Source: a virus
Reading direction: 5' to 3' (one strand)
DNA length: 64,000 nucleotides
Virus record (IMG/VR): IMGVR_UViG_3300045988_108496
Coordinates: 21,921-85,920 of that record
Below, piece by piece: positions 60,666-64,000 of this stretch. Both the position numbers and the translations under genes were made by a program. Position 1 is the first letter of the stretch, and every line of letters starts with the position of its first letter. Under the pieces are notes generated by a model, which was given only the letters and a program-made list of their open reading frames with translations, was not told the DNA's origin and made no database searches.

Positions 60666-60688
60666 CCTATGAAAGAAACCCGAAAATT

Positions 60689-61747
60689 ATGACACAACGA
60701 AACATCAACCTAACACTGCCCCGATCATGGAACGAGTGCAGCACCGAGCAGTTGGAGCTCATCTCCGGGATAATGCTTGAGCAGATAGAGCGAGCCGACC
60801 GTTATCATCCCTTCGACATGCGCAACGTCAAGATAGCGTGCTTCTTTGTTCTTGCAGGTATAGAGATAGTGGAAGGCATAGACGAGTCGAAGCCTCTTGA
60901 GAAGCAACACTACACTTGCCGACTCTCCACCCCAAGCCGACGCAACCGTTTCTTCCGTCGCAAACAGCAGGAGGAAGAAACCTTCCCCATCTACTTATGG
61001 CAGTTCAACTATTGGCTAACGCCTAAGCCGAAGACCGACGACCGCAACTCGGCTGAGTATCTTGCCTCCGGTGCCGGATTGCTCGACTGGCTCGACAACG
61101 AGCGTGGAGCTCACCTCTCTCGCTTTCCTTACCCTACCCTTCGCCTACGCAACAAACGTGGTCTGCTACGTCACAAGACCGACTATGAAGGTCCGGCGCA
61201 AGATATGGACGGCTTTTCATGGCAGCAGTATCGTTTTGCCTCCGATCTCATGGGACAATACACCTCTCTCGCCAACAACCTTGTCAAGATGAAGCAGATG
61301 GGCAAGTTCACGGCCGAGCAGATAGCACAGCAAGCCGACAGCGTAGACCGGGCACGTTCCATGTTCCTCGCCACCATCTTCAACCGTCGTATCAACTTCA
61401 TCGACACCAACACCAACCTCAAGGTGCATGATTTCCATTACGACACCCATCAGTTCGACACCCAAGCCCCACTCTTCCGTCACTTCCCCGATCACCAATG
61501 GCAACCCATCCTCTTCTGGTGGACCGGCATGATGCACACCCTCTCACGGCGTTATCCCCATGTGTTCAAGGTGCAGAAGCTCGACCGCACACAGCGACCC
61601 TCCACCCCACTTGAGATATACACCGCCACCATCGCCACCATGCAGAAATACGCCTCGCTTACCGAAGATCAGGTGAACAATCAGTCGTATTCGCTTGTTC
61701 TGGAACATTTGGAGCGACTGAGCAAGGAGAATGAGGAAATGGAATAG
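60689..61747 (+). CDS. hypothetical protein upstream of rtcB
   Basis: The track start at 60545 is TTG and lies inside promoter and hairpin sequence. ATG 60689 (AAAATTATGACA) lies 24 nt after the TACATTTG box at 60658-60665. Confidence 0.6.
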   Translation: MTQRNINLTLPRSWNECSTEQLELISGIMLEQIERADRYHPFDMRNVKIACFFVLAGIEIVEGIDESKPLEKQHYTCRLSTPSRRNRFFRRKQQEEETFPIYLWQFNYWLTPKPKTDDRNSAEYLASGAGLLDWLDNERGAHLSRFPYPTLRLRNKRGLLRHKTDYEGPAQDMDGFSWQQYRFASDLMGQYTSLANNLVKMKQMGKFTAEQIAQQADSVDRARSMFLATIFNRRINFIDTNTNLKVHDFHYDTHQFDTQAPLFRHFPDHQWQPILFWWTGMMHTLSRRYPHVFKVQKLDRTQRPSTPLEIYTATIATMQKYASLTEDQVNNQSYSLVLEHLERLSKENEEME

Positions 61748-61787
61748 ATTAGGAAGACGTAGTAAAATATTAACGGAAATATAGAGT

Positions 61788-62963
61788 ATGAAGAACGTAA
61801 AAATTTTTGCAAAGACCATCGAGGCGGAAGCAATGAAACAGATAGAAAACTTAGCTACGAGCGAGGCTTACTGCGACTGCAAGATACGCATTATGCCTGA
61901 CTGTCATGCGGGTAAAGGATGCACAATAGGTACGGTAATTCAGACTGCCGGCAAGGTTGTACCTAATACCGTAGGCGTGGATATAGGCTGTGGTATGTTG
62001 GTATTCAAGTTCGCTGAGAAGGATATAAACCTTTCGCTTCTCGACCGAATCATCAATGAGTCGGTGCCGAGCGGATTTGACGTTCACGAAAAGTCCAAGC
62101 TAAAAGATTGGAGTTCGCTTACGTCACATCTTTTGCTCGATTTGCACGAAAGGACACAAGGTTGCTTCGACCCCGACTATATCGGACGCTCGCTTGGCAC
62201 CCTCGGTGGCGGCAATCATTTCATCGAGCTGGACGAGGACGAGCAGGGCTGTAAGTATCTTGTGATACATTCGGGCAGTCGCAATCTCGGAGTTAAGGTG
62301 TGCAACTTTTTCCAACACTTAGCCAAGAAGAATGTGAATCGAAACGAGGAGCGCAAGCGCATCATCGAAGACTTAAAGAAGTACGGCTTAGAGAGGGAAA
62401 TTAACAATACGTTGCGTCTTTTTTGCGCCGTGCCTCCCGACCTCGCCTATCTTGAGGGAGAAGACCTCAATGTCTACAATTTCGCTGCGAACGTCTGTCA
62501 GTGTTTTGCCGACGACAACAGATGGAATATAGCAATGCCTATAATCCATGGGCTTCAATTATCGTTCGTGGATTTCTTTACCACCAGGCATAACTATTTC
62601 GACATACACTCAGGCATCATCCGAAAAGGAGCCGTGCGTGCCGAAAATGGCGAACAGCTTATCATCCCACTTAATATGCGCGATGGTTCGTTGATATGTC
62701 GCGGCAAGGGCAACGACGATTGGCTTCAGTCGGCTCCGCACGGTGCAGGTAGACTAATGTCGCGCTCGGCGGCCAAGAAGCAGCTCAGCATGGAGGAATA
62801 CCGACAGCAGATGCACGACATTTACTCCACATCGGTATGCGAGTCAACAATCGACGAGTCGCCAATGGCGTACAAGCCCGCCGAAGAGATAGAATCGCTT
62901 ATAGGCGACACTGTGGACGTGGTGAGGAGAATCAAACCGATATACAACTTCAAAGCGAAATAA
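61788..62963 (+). CDS. rtcB: RtcB 3'-phosphate/5'-hydroxyl RNA ligase
   Basis: RtcB signature blocks MPDCHAGKGCTIG, GVDIGCGM, GGGNHFIELD, HSGSRNLG and SAPHGAGR. Confidence 0.9.
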   Translation: MKNVKIFAKTIEAEAMKQIENLATSEAYCDCKIRIMPDCHAGKGCTIGTVIQTAGKVVPNTVGVDIGCGMLVFKFAEKDINLSLLDRIINESVPSGFDVHEKSKLKDWSSLTSHLLLDLHERTQGCFDPDYIGRSLGTLGGGNHFIELDEDEQGCKYLVIHSGSRNLGVKVCNFFQHLAKKNVNRNEERKRIIEDLKKYGLEREINNTLRLFCAVPPDLAYLEGEDLNVYNFAANVCQCFADDNRWNIAMPIIHGLQLSFVDFFTTRHNYFDIHSGIIRKGAVRAENGEQLIIPLNMRDGSLICRGKGNDDWLQSAPHGAGRLMSRSAAKKQLSMEEYRQQMHDIYSTSVCESTIDESPMAYKPAEEIESLIGDTVDVVRRIKPIYNFKAK

Positions 62964-63013
62964 TACAACAATATACTGTGTTATCGTAAGTATTAACGAA
63001 AATATAGAGGACA

Positions 63014-63448
63014 ATGAAAAAAGAGAAAATAAAGCAGTTGGTGGATGTAATGCAGGCGTATGTAAATGGCAAAACTATCCAGTATTACAAAGTTGACCTT
63101 AGCTTTAAGATTGAACATCCAGGAAAGCCTAATTTCAACGGTAAATGGGTAGATGTGGATGAAGGACATCATTTTAGACCTGATTGTTACGACTACCGTA
63201 TCAAGCCCAAACCCAAGTACCGCCCGTTTAAGGATGCAGACGAGTGCTGGCAAGGGATGCTGACGCATCAACCGTTCGGGTGGCTGAGAGAAAAGAAACG
63301 AAATGTGCGTACCCAAATTGGATTTATGCACACAGAAGGAATACAAGGAACCAGTGGTGGCTCTTCTAATTATAAGGCTTTCTTTGACTGTTTTAGCTTT
63401 GCCGACGGTGCACCGTTCGGAGTAAAGGAGGAAGTATGGGAAAATTAG
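63014..63448 (+). CDS. hypothetical protein
   Basis: 144-aa ORF. Its leader is nearly identical to the rtcB leader. Confidence 0.55.
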   Translation: MKKEKIKQLVDVMQAYVNGKTIQYYKVDLSFKIEHPGKPNFNGKWVDVDEGHHFRPDCYDYRIKPKPKYRPFKDADECWQGMLTHQPFGWLREKKRNVRTQIGFMHTEGIQGTSGGSSNYKAFFDCFSFADGAPFGVKEEVWEN

Positions 63449-63603
63449 ACGGTATTATATTACTTGTGTTTGGGTGCATCATAGCATTTCTCACAATAGA
63501 TTTTATCATTGGTGCTCATTTTGGCATACAATATGGCTTTTTGTCAATGGCAGCAGAACTTATAATCTGCGGACTATTGCTAATCAAATTCAGAGATAAA
63601 TAG
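63436..63603 (+). CDS. small membrane protein (55 aa, below ORF-track cutoff)
   Basis: My own translation: MGKLDGIILLVFGCIIAFLTIDFIIGAHFGIQYGFLSMAAELIICGLLLIKFRDK*. It overlaps the upstream stop by 13 nt and has two hydrophobic helices. Confidence 0.4.
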   Translation: MGKLDGIILLVFGCIIAFLTIDFIIGAHFGIQYGFLSMAAELIICGLLLIKFRDK

Positions 63604-63613
63604 AAAATAAATT

Positions 63614-64000
63614 ATGAGTAAAACAATTCAGATAAAAGTGCCTGCTGGCAAGAAAGCAGAATGGCAGAAAATAGATGGTAAGACCGTTCTTGTAATGGTT
63701 GACGAGAAAGACAACCGTCCTGTGACAGAACGCATAAAGACTTTCGAGGATGCCTGTAATGAACTGGGTGAAAATCATCCTATGGTGTCTGCCTACAATT
63801 CTTTGGTCACCAGAGCTAACGGTGAACAGTCACTTGCAGAATGGATGGGCAAGGATGTTGTAGCTTTCCTAAAGCTGCGTATCATTACTGAAGCTCTCAA
63901 TGAAGGCTGGCACCCGAAGTTCACTGAAGACGAATATCGCTACTTTCCCTGGTTCTACATCTACACTAAGGAAGAGTACGACAACTTCTCTGAGGAGGAA
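63614..64000 (+). CDS. hypothetical protein, N-terminal part (runs off window end)
   Basis: My own translation from ATG 63614: MSKTIQIKVPAGKKAEWQKIDGKTVLVMVDEKDNRPVTERIKTFEDACNELGENHP... It stays open for 129 codons to position 64000. Confidence 0.55.
   Translation, partial: MSKTIQIKVPAGKKAEWQKIDGKTVLVMVDEKDNRPVTERIKTFEDACNELGENHPMVSAYNSLVTRANGEQSLAEWMGKDVVAFLKLRIITEALNEGWHPKFTEDEYRYFPWFYIYTKEEYDNFSEEE

Overview
The window reads as one contiguous stretch of a large (over 64 kb) tailed-phage genome from a Bacteroidota host. The host call rests on at least 13 promoters of the TTTG(-33)/TAnnTTTG(-7) type, absent Shine-Dalgarno sites, A-rich leaders ending in ATTATG, and Bacteroidota-style lipoprotein signals. 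It also carries a plasmid-type maintenance module, so it is probably a phage-plasmid. No integrase and no DNA polymerase are visible.

Gene order:
- 0.1-1.0 kb: candidate lysis pair.
- 1.1-3.1 kb, minus strand: a lipoprotein and two XRE regulators.
- 3.4-13.5 kb: an early or accessory block of about 22 small, mostly acidic genes of unknown function. It includes a degenerate N6-methyltransferase-like protein and is punctuated by repeated intergenic cassettes.
- 13.6-19 kb: a truncated NAD-ligase with a membrane anchor, then ParA, an RHH partner, an iteron origin and a Rep_3-like initiator.
- 20.6-30.5 kb: a regulatory switch and the replication genes (DEDD exonuclease, Zn-ribbon/SF3 primase-helicase, SSB-like protein, beta clamp).
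- 32.3-38 kb, minus strand: packaging and DNA-modification operon (TerL, N6-MTase, PAPS-reductase-like protein).
- 38-46.5 kb: a holin-like protein and a 2249-aa tape measure.
- 46.5-47.35 kb: 0.8 kb of origin-like non-coding DNA.
- 47.4-50.5 kb: AEP-primase-like protein, guanylate kinase, divergent ThyX and MazG.
- 52.9 kb: tRNA(CAT).
- 53-56.7 kb: S49 protease-scaffold and a putative major capsid protein.
- 57-60 kb: a LysR regulator and a Cys-rich membrane/secreted cluster.
- 61.8 kb: RtcB RNA ligase.

Signals most worth follow-up:
- Two 10-bp-period tandem arrays in front of a duplicated promoter cassette.
- A dispersed family of hairpins with variable stems but a conserved GNRA-capped apex.
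- G8/C8 tracts inside the adjacent methyltransferase and PAPS-reductase genes.
- The partition plus iteron replicon.
- The membrane-anchored ligase.

All functional calls come from motif recognition by eye. No database search was run.
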